The notes below the pieces were generated by a model. The model saw nothing but the letters and a program-made list of their open reading frames with translations. It did not search any database and was not told where the DNA came from. Source: Bacteroidales bacterium (GTDB taxonomy: Bacteria; Bacteroidota; Bacteroidia; Bacteroidales; VadinHA17). From it: a stretch of 64,000 nt of DNA. The position numbers and the translations under genes were made by a program. How positions within the stretch are numbered: position 1 is the stretch's first letter; each line of letters opens with the position of its first letter. This document shows positions 11,065 to 20,595 of this stretch, piece after piece. The stretch spans positions 974-64,973 of the forward strand of contig JAXDBC010000134.1 of NCBI GenBank assembly GCA_034679225.1, read 5' to 3'.

Positions 11065-12282
11065 ATGGCTGATCTGAATACGCGAATAAGCGATTTTATC
11101 TGGGCGAATCTGTATGAGAAGCATGTTAAAGGAATAAATGATCCATTCTGGCAATCATTAAGGGATACCGGTACGGAGCTGTGGCTCGACACTGGCGACA
11201 TCGAGGAGGCTGAGGCCAACTGGTCGGCTGAGATGAGCGCCCTTACAACCAATAACACCCTTCTGAACAATGAGATACAGAAGGGGATTTACGATATTTT
11301 CATTGCTGACGCCAGGCATATTGTACATGAGCTTCCTCTTGAATCGAGGGTAAGGGAAATAGCTTTCATGCTGAATGCAAGGCATGGCTTGCGGCTGGCT
11401 TCTAAATTCGGCGCATATGTAAGTGTCGAGCTTCACACCGATACGGCTCATGATATAAAGGCAATAGAGTATTATGGAAAGAGATATCATGAGATCTGCC
11501 CCGATCATTTCATCATAAAGGTTCCTTTTACTGCTGAAGGTCTGATTGGTGCCCGCAAACTCAGGGAGGCAGGTGTAAGGATTAATTTCACGCTCGGATT
11601 CAGTGCCAGGCAGAATGTTCTGGTTACCAGGGCTGCCCGGCCTGATTATGTAAATGTTTTCCTGGGAAGGATAGGAGCTTTCATGATGGATAACAAGCTT
11701 GGTGACGGATCGGGTGCAGGAGAGAGGGCCGTGATTGCCACCCAGAACTGGGTAACTGCATTCTCGGCGCAGAATGAATGGACTACCTCGCTGATTGCAG
11801 CCAGCCTCAGGCATCATAATCAGCTTGAAATGCTTTCCGGCACGGATGTCTTCACAATGCCGCCCAAGGTGGCATCAGCCGGCAGGAAGACGCTAAGCGG
11901 TAAATTTGAATCGCGCACTCACGAGAACTATGAAGTCAGTATCTATCCTTCGGCAGTAGATTACGGAATTGAAAAATTCTGGGAAGTGGATGACAAGGTG
12001 CTGGGTTTAGCCGAAAGGCTTTATGAGAAACTACCGTCGACGGGCCGGGAGATAGTCAGTATTGCCCACGAGGAGGGATGTGGTGATATGTTCCCGCATC
12101 TCACGAAGGATGAGGCATCTGCCATTGCTGCCGACGGAAAGATACCGGTATTCTCAAGATGGAAGGATAGACTGAAGGAAGGCACGATAGCTCCCGACAC
12201 GCTGCTTGCCCTTGCAGGTCTTGCTTCATTCACCCATGACCAGGCAATGCTGGATCAGAGAATTCTGGGCATCATCGCCTGA
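11065..12282 (+). CDS. Transaldolase-family protein (long form)
   Basis: Motifs LWLDTGD, TTNNTL, SVEL, Schiff-base IIKVP, INFTLGFS, FLGRI and AASLR. Confidence 0.85.
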   Translation: MADLNTRISDFIWANLYEKHVKGINDPFWQSLRDTGTELWLDTGDIEEAEANWSAEMSALTTNNTLLNNEIQKGIYDIFIADARHIVHELPLESRVREIAFMLNARHGLRLASKFGAYVSVELHTDTAHDIKAIEYYGKRYHEICPDHFIIKVPFTAEGLIGARKLREAGVRINFTLGFSARQNVLVTRAARPDYVNVFLGRIGAFMMDNKLGDGSGAGERAVIATQNWVTAFSAQNEWTTSLIAASLRHHNQLEMLSGTDVFTMPPKVASAGRKTLSGKFESRTHENYEVSIYPSAVDYGIEKFWEVDDKVLGLAERLYEKLPSTGREIVSIAHEEGCGDMFPHLTKDEASAIAADGKIPVFSRWKDRLKEGTIAPDTLLALAGLASFTHDQAMLDQRILGIIA

Positions 12283-13018
12283 TCTGCGATCTCTGCCTTG
12301 CAATCTCATACAGTATTATTCCTGCTGCTACTGATACGTTCAGTGAGCTGATACCGCCTTTCATGGGTATTCGTACCTGCCGGTCGGCAAGTGCAGTCAG
12401 TTCAGGGCTGATACCCTTGTCTTCCGAACCCATTATCACGACCAGTGGTCCATTGAGATCGGTTTCTGAAACTATATCTCCTGATTTCTCCACGGCGGTA
12501 ATTACTTTCAGGCCTGATTCCTTCATGAACTGCACAGCCTTTACAATACTTGATTCCCTGCATACGGGAAGGGTGTGGAGAGCTCCGGCCGATGTTTTGA
12601 CAGCATCGGCGGTTATTCGCGCCGATCCCTTGGCAGGTATCACAACTGTATGGGCTCCAAGGCATTCGGCGCTTCTGACAATGGCTCCGAAGTTTCTTAC
12701 ATCCGAAACCCCGTTAATGGCGATGATAAGTGGATCTTCTCCCTTTTCGAATATCATGGGAAGAAGTATCTCCAGAGACTGGAATTCTATCAGTGAGAGC
12801 CACGCCAGTACGCCCTGATGGTTTTTCCGGGTGACAAGTTCAATTCTTTCCAGCGGTACTATCTGGAACGCGACCTTATGTTCGCGAACCTCCGTCATCA
12901 GTTCGTGGTAAAGGGCACCCTGGAGGCCCTGTCTGATCAGCAACCGGTCGATTTGTTTTCCGGCTCTGATAGCTTCGATAACCGGCCTGATGCCGTAAAT
13001 GCAGTCGCTTTCTTTCAT
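12272..13018 (-). CDS. rlmB: 23S rRNA (Gm2251) 2'-O-methyltransferase, SpoU family
   Basis: Motifs NHQGV, DVRNFGAIVRSA, GSEDKGI and SLNVSVAAGI. Confidence 0.92.
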   Translation of the reverse strand: MKESDCIYGIRPVIEAIRAGKQIDRLLIRQGLQGALYHELMTEVREHKVAFQIVPLERIELVTRKNHQGVLAWLSLIEFQSLEILLPMIFEKGEDPLIIAINGVSDVRNFGAIVRSAECLGAHTVVIPAKGSARITADAVKTSAGALHTLPVCRESSIVKAVQFMKESGLKVITAVEKSGDIVSETDLNGPLVVIMGSEDKGISPELTALADRQVRIPMKGGISSLNVSVAAGIILYEIARQRSQIRR

Positions 13019-13027
13019 TCGATTAGT

Positions 13028-14368
13028 TTAAAGGTCCTCCGGATTGTCGAGCCTGAAAACAATTCCTTTTCTCCAGCTTGCAACCGCCCTGTCCCAGTAT
13101 GAGACCAGTGTTTCGCTCCGGCTGAGGTAATAATCATTATCTGAGAACCGGCTGTTTCTCAGTTTGAAGTTAAAGAACAGGTATCGTTCCTGAAGATGTA
13201 GCCTTCCTCCCCATGATGATTTAAGAACGGGTCTTCTGTATCCCCAGCTTTCTTCATCCGATTTTTTATAGACTTTGTCGGGCGGACCGTAGATAGTGTA
13301 AATCATACCCCTTTCGGTTCTCCATCCTTCCTTGAAGGATGTGAAGTAATGATTGGCGTATAGTATCCTTGTATAGAAAATCCTGATCAGTTCCCTTGAT
13401 CTGTCAACATTCCCGCCGCATTTCAGCCAGAAGTCATCGAGCGCGAGTTTTGGTCTGTCGGCTGAACGTATCGTGTTCATTTCTTCCTCTGACGCCAGGT
13501 ATGCAAGGGGACGGATCATAAATTCAGGATCATTCATTACAGGATATCCGGGGCCGAAATTCAGAAAGGTGAATCCCTCCTCCGATTCCCTTTCAGGAGC
13601 GCAGAAATACACTCCTTCATCAGGGAACATGAGAGGCAGTGTATCGGACCATGCTACCGCTATAATGGTATCGGGGTCGTAATCTATTGTTTTTTCGGGA
13701 AGTAGTATTGACGGGGGATAAGGTATTTCGGACAAGGGTTTGAAGACCGATATGAAAAGGCTGTCGACCTGAATATTCGGGTAGAGAAGATTAACATACT
13801 GGTTTGGTCTGACAACCGGACTCAGAAGCTCGTTTTTGCCTGAATGGCTCCTTGCCATGAAATTATACCTGTTGCCGGGGGATATGGTGTTGAAGGGCAC
13901 AAAGGCCTGCACTACCTCTGCCTTCAACTGGTTGAGTATCTTTACTTCGGCGTTGTATTCGTATCCGGGTTCGACTTTGAGCGGAAGCTTGTAAAGGTAA
14001 TCCAGTCGCCCTTCCTCCCTGATGATGTCGAGGTCGATGAAAGCTGTGTCGGTCAGCAACCTTCCTGCTGAGATATTGAATAATTTGACTGTAATCAGGA
14101 TCTGTGCAATAGGAATTCCTTTTGGATTGGCCTCGGAAAAAAAGAGGCTTGAAGCCGGAAACCTTACTGTGAGCACCGAACGGCCGGCAGATTCATTGAA
14201 AACGCTGAAGCCCGGCCTGAAGGCACTCTTTGTAGGGTTATATAGATAGGATAGATCCTTGGTGTCGACAGCGGCGTTTTTTGTAATGCCGCACGAGACC
14301 ATAAGCATTAGAATGAGCCCGGCAAAGATTGGTGCCCTGTAATTCCCATAAGGATTGTTCCGGTTCAT
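13028..14368 (-). CDS. GWxTD-domain lipoprotein
   Basis: Lipobox MVSC and C-terminal RILYANHYF..EGWRTERGMIYTIYGPPD. Confidence 0.8.
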   Translation of the reverse strand: MNRNNPYGNYRAPIFAGLILMLMVSCGITKNAAVDTKDLSYLYNPTKSAFRPGFSVFNESAGRSVLTVRFPASSLFFSEANPKGIPIAQILITVKLFNISAGRLLTDTAFIDLDIIREEGRLDYLYKLPLKVEPGYEYNAEVKILNQLKAEVVQAFVPFNTISPGNRYNFMARSHSGKNELLSPVVRPNQYVNLLYPNIQVDSLFISVFKPLSEIPYPPSILLPEKTIDYDPDTIIAVAWSDTLPLMFPDEGVYFCAPERESEEGFTFLNFGPGYPVMNDPEFMIRPLAYLASEEEMNTIRSADRPKLALDDFWLKCGGNVDRSRELIRIFYTRILYANHYFTSFKEGWRTERGMIYTIYGPPDKVYKKSDEESWGYRRPVLKSSWGGRLHLQERYLFFNFKLRNSRFSDNDYYLSRSETLVSYWDRAVASWRKGIVFRLDNPEDL

Positions 14369-14386
14369 TTTCCTGACATGTTAATT

Positions 14387-15154
14387 TTACGAAAGTATTT
14401 TTTTCCAACGTATGCTTACCCTGCATAGCTCGGTATTGTCGGCCGGCCTGATCGCTGAATGGCTGAAAAGGTCCGGATCGTTTCCGCTGCAGGATGTCAC
14501 TATTACCACGGTGTCGTCGAAGCGCGATTCGGAAAGATAGTTTATTTCGACCGATAAAGGTACATTCCGTAGCATGAAATCAAGATTGTATGTATCGATT
14601 ACCCAAAGGAGGTAGCTGGAATTGTTGGTGTGAAGGTTGACATCTAGGTCGCTTATCCTGACCCTGAATGGCTGACTGCTTGAGCCTCCGGCAGGAGCCG
14701 CTTCAATTTTAGCGGCATTCCTCAGGGTGCAGCTTTTTTCCGTAAGGTTTGAGTTAAGCCTTGTCAGATTGCTGTCGGGTCGTTGGACCCGTTTGCTGTC
14801 CCTGTCGATTATCAGCCACGATGAAGTTGCCCGTGCCAGAATCTGCCCTTCGGCGGATTTCATCTCGAAATCCCTGAGGGCAAAGAGTTTGTCGGTTCCT
14901 CTGGGCCAGGATGCAAGTGATATTTTTTCATCCCACACCGGAAGGGCATCTATCTCTGCATATATTCTTGACAGCACCCAGAAATGGTTTTGCTTCAGCA
15001 GTTCATCCCTTCCGTAACCCAGTCTGATTGCATGGTCGGACGCGATATCCTGGAAATAATTGAACAGGGCATGAAGGCTCAGTCGTCCGTCGGGGCCTGT
15101 ATCATAGACATGCACGGGGTATTCTTTTTCAAATCTCGGATATTCCATCTTCAT
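14387..15154 (-). CDS. Acyl-ACP thioesterase (double hot-dog fold)
   Basis: Motifs FWVLSR, SSWLIID and DLDVNLHTNN. Start chosen at an internal ATG. Confidence 0.85.
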   Translation of the reverse strand: MKMEYPRFEKEYPVHVYDTGPDGRLSLHALFNYFQDIASDHAIRLGYGRDELLKQNHFWVLSRIYAEIDALPVWDEKISLASWPRGTDKLFALRDFEMKSAEGQILARATSSWLIIDRDSKRVQRPDSNLTRLNSNLTEKSCTLRNAAKIEAAPAGGSSSQPFRVRISDLDVNLHTNNSSYLLWVIDTYNLDFMLRNVPLSVEINYLSESRFDDTVVIVTSCSGNDPDLFSHSAIRPADNTELCRVSIRWKKILS

Positions 15155-17090
15155 CTGACGTTTTTTCAAATTCCTCCACTTCGTGCGAATAATCGGTCCA
15201 GTTATTCATCTCTTCATCGAGTTCCTTTTTCAGTTCTTCATGCTTTAAATATAAAGCTTCGCTGTCGGCGGGATCGGGATTGTCCAACAGCTTTTTGTAA
15301 ATCTCCGATAGTTCCGCTTCCATTTCCCCGATTCTCTTCTCCGAGTCCTCGAGTTTTCTCCTGAGCCTTCGCAGCGATCTTTCGTATTCCTTTTTTTCAA
15401 GGTACTTCTGTTTGTTGGAAGAGGCATCCTCTTTTACTGCATCAACTTTTGCCCTGTCCTTTCTTTCGATTTCTCTCAGGCTGGCGATCTTCTTGTTTCT
15501 GAGGAAGTCATAGATCCCGCCAAGATGTTCCCTGATCCTGTTATGCCTGAATTCAAAAACTTTTGTTACCAGTCCGTCGAGAAAATCCCTGTCGTGCGAA
15601 ACTACAATTAATGTGCCATCATAACTCAGCAGGGCCTGTTTAAGAATATCCTTCGATCGCATGTCGAGATGGTTTGTAGGCTCGTCGAGTACCAGAAGGT
15701 TGCATGGTTCCAGGAGGAGTTTTACCAGGGCGAGTCTCGAGCGTTCGCCTCCCGAGAGCACCTTTACTTTTTTGTCGACATCATCTCCTCCGAACAGAAA
15801 GGCGCCGAGCATGTCCCTGATCTTTGTCCTGATATCGCCTTTGGCCACGTTATCGATGGTTTCGAGCACCGTAAGACTTTCGTCCAGCAGTTCATCCTGG
15901 TTTTGTGCGAAATACCCGATTTTCACGTTATGACCGATTTTAAGAGATCCTTCGTAGTCAAGTTCGCCTGTTATCACCCTGGAGAAGGTGGTTTTGCCTT
16001 CCCCGTTCCTTCCTACGAATGCCACTTTTTCACCCCTTGTGATAACTATTGAAACCTTGTTAAGGACATGATGAATCCCGAAGCTTTTTGACAGGTTCCG
16101 GGCTTCAATCACCACGGTTCCCGATCGTGGGGCCGGTGGAAAGCGGAGATTCATGACCGAATTGTCTTCCTCGTCCACTTCTATCCTTTCCAGCTTGTCG
16201 AGCTGTTTTATCTTGGACTGAACCTGAATTGCCTTGGTTGCCTTGTACCTGAAACGTTCGATGAAGCGTTCAGTGTCCTCAATCATTTTCTGCTGGTTCC
16301 TGAACGAAGCAATCTGCTGTGTTCGTCTTTCTTCCCTGAGGATTACATATTCTGACCAGGGGACCTTGTAGTCGTAAATTTTCCCGAGGGAAATCTCCAG
16401 TGTTCTGTTGGTTACATTATCGAGGAATGCCCTGTCGTGCGACACCAGCATCACAGCTCCCGGATAGCCTGAAAGGAAGGTCTCGAGCCACTGTATTGAT
16501 TCAATGTCGAGGTGGTTTGTAGGTTCGTCGAGCAGGATGAGAGAAGGTTTCCTCAGTATCAGCTTGGCTAGTTCTATTCTCATCCGCCATCCTCCGCTGA
16601 GTTCCCTGGTGGGCCTGGTGAAATCCTTTCTTTCAAAACCCAGACCGGCAAGCGTCAGTTCCGTATCGGCCAGGTAATTACCTCCTCCCAGTATCCTGTA
16701 TTTTTCTTCCGTCTCGCTGAGCCTGTCGCAGAGCTCAAGATATTCCCGGGAATGATAGTCCTTCCTTCGGGCAATTTCCGCGGAGCATCTTTCAATTTCT
16801 TCAGATAATGAAATCAGTCCGGAGAAAGCTGAAAGCGTCTCATTCATAACTGTGGTTGAATCGCTCACGCTCATCTGCTGCGGGAGGTATCCTATTGTCA
16901 GTTCCTTCGGCCTGTCGACCCTGCCTTTTGAAGGACTCAGGCTTCCTGCTATTATTTTTAGAAGGGTTGTTTTTCCTGCGCCGTTTTTTCCGGTAAGGCC
17001 GATTCTGTCCTGTTCGTTCACAAGGAACGATATATCGTTCAGCAGGTCAAGGCTTCCGAATGAGACCGTCAGATTCTGTACAGAAAGCAT
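15129..17090 (-). CDS. ABC-F family ATP-binding protein
   Basis: Two NBDs (GKNGAGKTT/LSGGWRMR; GRNGEGKTT/LSGGERSR), LDEPTNHLD twice, no TM segments and a C-terminal coiled coil. Confidence 0.93.
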   Translation of the reverse strand: MLSVQNLTVSFGSLDLLNDISFLVNEQDRIGLTGKNGAGKTTLLKIIAGSLSPSKGRVDRPKELTIGYLPQQMSVSDSTTVMNETLSAFSGLISLSEEIERCSAEIARRKDYHSREYLELCDRLSETEEKYRILGGGNYLADTELTLAGLGFERKDFTRPTRELSGGWRMRIELAKLILRKPSLILLDEPTNHLDIESIQWLETFLSGYPGAVMLVSHDRAFLDNVTNRTLEISLGKIYDYKVPWSEYVILREERRTQQIASFRNQQKMIEDTERFIERFRYKATKAIQVQSKIKQLDKLERIEVDEEDNSVMNLRFPPAPRSGTVVIEARNLSKSFGIHHVLNKVSIVITRGEKVAFVGRNGEGKTTFSRVITGELDYEGSLKIGHNVKIGYFAQNQDELLDESLTVLETIDNVAKGDIRTKIRDMLGAFLFGGDDVDKKVKVLSGGERSRLALVKLLLEPCNLLVLDEPTNHLDMRSKDILKQALLSYDGTLIVVSHDRDFLDGLVTKVFEFRHNRIREHLGGIYDFLRNKKIASLREIERKDRAKVDAVKEDASSNKQKYLEKKEYERSLRRLRRKLEDSEKRIGEMEAELSEIYKKLLDNPDPADSEALYLKHEELKKELDEEMNNWTDYSHEVEEFEKTSDEDGISEI

Positions 17091-17109
17091 CTGATTTTTT
17101 AAAACTGAG

Positions 17110-17117
17110 CAAAGATA
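17110..17117 (-). promoter_or_regulatory. -7 element (TATCTTTG on minus strand) for the ABC-F operon
   Basis: CAAAGATA on the plus strand, 20 nt upstream of the start at 17090. Confidence 0.55.
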
Positions 17118-17174
17118 GAAAAAGTATGGGAGGCATAAAACAAGCGCTTATGCCAATAAATCTTATCTTCGGCA

Positions 17175-18443
17175 ATGAAATTATCATGCATAAGGCTTAT
17201 GGAAAAGTTTATCCCGATACTGAAAAGAAATGCCGTGAAAGAAGCAGGCGCTCTGGCAATTATAGTCTTTATGGCAATTCTTGCCTCCTGCTCCGGCGAA
17301 AGGGATCACGAATACAAATACTTTGTTTCAAAGGAGTCGGTATCCTCTTACAGTCTCACATATATCAACACCCTGCTCGACGGTGCCGAAGGATATTTTC
17401 CTGAGATCAGTGTTGTGAGACCTTATATTGAATATCCGGTGGATATTTTCAAAGTAGTTTACCTTAGCCAGGCGGGAGGAAAGGAGATAAGCGCCTCCGG
17501 TCTGGTCTGCGTACCCCGCGGGGATGGAGAATTCCCGGTTCTGAGTTTCCAGAACGGGACCAACACCCTGAATTCCGCCTGTCCCACGGAATTCCCGTCG
17601 AGTCCCATGTATCAGTTTGTGGAGATAATTGCCTCGATGGGTTTTGTTGTGATAATCCCCGATTATCCCGGATTCGGCGAATCGGCTGATATCGCTCATC
17701 CTTACCTGATAAGGGAGCCCACCGTACGGTCGGGTGTCGACATGCTATATGCCCTTCATGAAATGGATGAAAGGGAGCTGCCGGATATCAGTGTCAGTGA
17801 TGATGTTTACCTGGCAGGTTATTCGCAGGGAGGATGGGCCACCCTGGCACTTCACGAGGCGCTTGAAAATGATTATTCAGGCAGCTTCAACCTGAGGGGA
17901 AGCGTTTGCGGCGCCGGGCCCTATGATCTTACGGTACTCTTCAATGCCATGACCGGTCTGAGTACATACCCTATGCCGGTCTATATAGCTTACATAATAA
18001 ACTCTTATTCAGTGTACAGGCAGTTCACGAATCCGGTCTCCGAGTTGCTGAGGGAACCCTATGCCTCGAGACTTGCCGGCCTTTACAATGGTCAGAAAGA
18101 TTCGGGGGAAATAAATGCGAGCCTGACCACTTCAATTCCCGATCTGTTAACTCCCGGCTTCATGGAAGGGATATGGACTGATCAGAAATATTCATCGGTA
18201 AGGGCTGCTCTTGCAAACAACAGCATCGCCGCGTGGAATACCAAGGTCCCGCTGTATTTTCTGCATGGGGGAGGGGATACTTCTGTGGATCCGATAACCA
18301 CGGAAAGTATTTACGATGCCATGATAGAAGCCGGAACATCACCGCTTGTCTGCAAAAAGGAGATACTTCCGGGACTTGACCACGGTGATGCAGTGGTACC
18401 GGCGATGTTGAAGGGACTTGAGTTTTTGATCGGTCTACAGTAG
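17175..18443 (+). CDS. Alpha/beta-hydrolase (secretory lipase-like) lipoprotein
   Basis: Lipobox LASC and motifs PDYPGFG, GYSQGG, HGGGD..V and DH. Start may be 17199. Confidence 0.8.
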   Translation: MKLSCIRLMEKFIPILKRNAVKEAGALAIIVFMAILASCSGERDHEYKYFVSKESVSSYSLTYINTLLDGAEGYFPEISVVRPYIEYPVDIFKVVYLSQAGGKEISASGLVCVPRGDGEFPVLSFQNGTNTLNSACPTEFPSSPMYQFVEIIASMGFVVIIPDYPGFGESADIAHPYLIREPTVRSGVDMLYALHEMDERELPDISVSDDVYLAGYSQGGWATLALHEALENDYSGSFNLRGSVCGAGPYDLTVLFNAMTGLSTYPMPVYIAYIINSYSVYRQFTNPVSELLREPYASRLAGLYNGQKDSGEINASLTTSIPDLLTPGFMEGIWTDQKYSSVRAALANNSIAAWNTKVPLYFLHGGGDTSVDPITTESIYDAMIEAGTSPLVCKKEILPGLDHGDAVVPAMLKGLEFLIGLQ

Positions 18444-18468
18444 ATTTAACATAAAAAACAATCGGATT

Positions 18469-19884
18469 TTGGGAAGAAATAAGGAAATGCCTCTCCTTGA
18501 AAAGGTAAGGATAACTGACATCGGTACGGAAGGAAATGCAGTTGCAAAGGTTGACGGCCAGGTGGTATTTGTTCCGATGCTTATACCTGGTGATGTAGTG
18601 GATATCCGTGTAAGGAAGAAGAGAAGGAAATACATGGAAGGGGCTGTGGTAAGGTTCCACGAATACTCGTCCGACAGGATAGAACCGCGATGCGCCCATT
18701 TCGGAGTGTGCGGGGGATGCAAATGGCAGCATCTGCGATACGAAAAGCAGCTTGAATTCAAGGAGAAACAGGTTATTGACAACCTGACGAGGATAGGAAA
18801 GCTGGAACTTTCAGGTGTCAGGCCCATAATAGGATCATCTGAGATATTCGGCTACCGCAACAAACTTGAGTTCACGTTTTCCGACAAGCGGTGGCTCACC
18901 AGGGAGGAGATGGTCGCTGACAATGACAGGATAGTTGAGGATGCGCTGGGGTTTCATATCCCGGGGTATTTTGACAAGGTGCTTGATATCAGGAAATGTC
19001 ATTTTCAGCCCGAGCCTTCGAATGCCATAAGGGATTCAGTGCGAAGGTATGCTCACGGGAAATCGCTGGCATTTTTCAATATCCGGCAGCAGAGCGGATT
19101 CCTCAGGAACCTGATCATCAGGACCACAAGGTCGGGAAACGTGATGGTGATCATGGTTTTCTTCATGGATGAGAGGGAGAGGATAAACGGCCTGATGGAA
19201 CATCTCAGGACGGAGTTTCCGCAGATCACCTCTTTATATTATATAATTAATACAAAGAAGAATGATTCTCTTTCTGATCAGGTACCGGTTCTTTACAGCG
19301 GGGATGACCACCTGCTGGAAGATATTGATGGCTTGAAATTCAGGATCGGGCCGCTTTCTTTTTACCAGACCAACACCCTGCAGGCCGGGAAGCTGTATGC
19401 TGTTGCAAAAGAATTTGCAGGGCTGACAGGAAGTGAGACGGTTTATGACCTATACACAGGCGCCGGGACTATTGCCTGTTACGTGGCCGGGGAAGCATGG
19501 AAAGTTATCGGCATGGAATATGTTGAAGCGGCGGTGGAGGATGCCGTGATCAATTCGGGGATTAACAATTTAGGAAACACTGAGTTTTATGCAGGGGACA
19601 TAAGGATCTTGCTGAATGAGAAATTCATGCAGGAAAAAGGAAGGCCTGATGTTATTATAACCGATCCCCCGCGTGCCGGTATGCACCCCGATGTTGTTGC
19701 TCAGATCCTTTCTGCCGGTCCCTCCAGGATAGTTTATATAAGCTGTAATCCGTCGACGCAGGCCCGGGATGCGGGTTTGATGTCGGAGAAGTACAGGGTG
19801 GCGGCGGTACAACCGGTTGATATGTTCCCCCACACGCATCATGTGGAGAATGTTATTTTACTGGAGAGAAGGACGGATAAATAA
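18469..19884 (+). CDS. rlmD: 23S rRNA (uracil-5)-methyltransferase with TRAM domain
   Basis: Motifs CAHFGVCGGC, YRNKLEF, SFYQTN, DLYTGAG, DPPRAG, YISCNP and DMFPHTHHVE. Confidence 0.93.
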   Translation: MGRNKEMPLLEKVRITDIGTEGNAVAKVDGQVVFVPMLIPGDVVDIRVRKKRRKYMEGAVVRFHEYSSDRIEPRCAHFGVCGGCKWQHLRYEKQLEFKEKQVIDNLTRIGKLELSGVRPIIGSSEIFGYRNKLEFTFSDKRWLTREEMVADNDRIVEDALGFHIPGYFDKVLDIRKCHFQPEPSNAIRDSVRRYAHGKSLAFFNIRQQSGFLRNLIIRTTRSGNVMVIMVFFMDERERINGLMEHLRTEFPQITSLYYIINTKKNDSLSDQVPVLYSGDDHLLEDIDGLKFRIGPLSFYQTNTLQAGKLYAVAKEFAGLTGSETVYDLYTGAGTIACYVAGEAWKVIGMEYVEAAVEDAVINSGINNLGNTEFYAGDIRILLNEKFMQEKGRPDVIITDPPRAGMHPDVVAQILSAGPSRIVYISCNPSTQARDAGLMSEKYRVAAVQPVDMFPHTHHVENVILLERRTDK

Positions 19885-19918
19885 TCGTGGCATATTTTGA
19901 AGTTAATACTTGTTTTCC

Positions 19919-19926
19919 TATTTTTG
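19919..19926 (+). promoter_or_regulatory. tRNA promoter -7 element (TATTTTTG) with TTTG at 19896-19899
   Basis: TAnnTTTG plus an upstream TTTG at typical Bacteroidota spacing. Confidence 0.6.
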
Positions 19927-19944
19927 TAGCCGTTTTATTTCTTT

Positions 19945-20032
<88 letters not shown>

Positions 20033-20033
20033 G

Positions 20034-20110
20034 AAGCCGGATTACTCCCGTTCCGCCCCCAGGCGGAACAAAAATCAGACTCGCACAGCAAGTCGGGAGT
20101 AATCCGGCTT
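20034..20110. repeat. 17-bp perfect inverted repeat enclosing two small hairpins
   Basis: AAGCCGGATTACTCCCG (20034-20050) and CGGGAGTAATCCGGCTT (20094-20110). Inner hairpins TTCCGCC-CCCA-GGCGGAA and GACTCGC-ACA-GCAAGTC. Confidence 0.85.
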
Positions 20111-20238
20111 TGCAGGAACCTCCTTAAGGGATCATCATGGGCGTCAGCCCATAATCCCTTTCCCACGGGAACATTACCCTGTCCTTAGAGATAACAAAAT
20201 CGTGCTCCGGAGGATGGGATCCATTCTATATAACCTTC

Positions 20239-20294
20239 TCTCAGCCCCTTCGTCTCTTCGTCCCTTTGTCTCTCAGTCTCTTCATCCCTTCGTC
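20239..20294. repeat. Degenerate octamer tandem repeat, 7 units, consensus about YCTTCGTC
   Basis: TCTCAGCC|CCTTCGTC|TCTTCGTC|CCTTTGTC|TCTCAGTC|TCTTCATC|CCTTCGTC. Confidence 0.8.
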
Positions 20295-20595
20295 AAATCT
20301 CCTTATCCTATAATTCCCGGTACATCTCAAAAACAACAGAATTTTTATCGTTATTCGATATCCCGCTTATTGTTTTACAACAAATTTTTTACCCGAAACG
20401 ATAAGAATTTTAGCTGTGTATCAGAGATTTGATTCGAAATTTTATTTCCGGGGGAAATGTTAAAAAAATAAAAATTGCAATATTGTACAACGGTTTTCGA
20501 AAATACGTATATTCGCCCCGATTTTTTACAAGGGAACGATTAGAAACAAATAATCGCTAATTAACAAAAAGCAAGGATTTTAAAAAAAGGAGAAA

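Noticed and set aside
15129-17090. Antibiotic-resistance (ARE) ABC-F
   Set aside because: The architecture and operon context fit a housekeeping ABC-F, and no leader peptide or attenuator is visible.
20239-20294. CRISPR-like array
   Set aside because: The units are 8 bp and contiguous with no spacers, and there are no cas genes.
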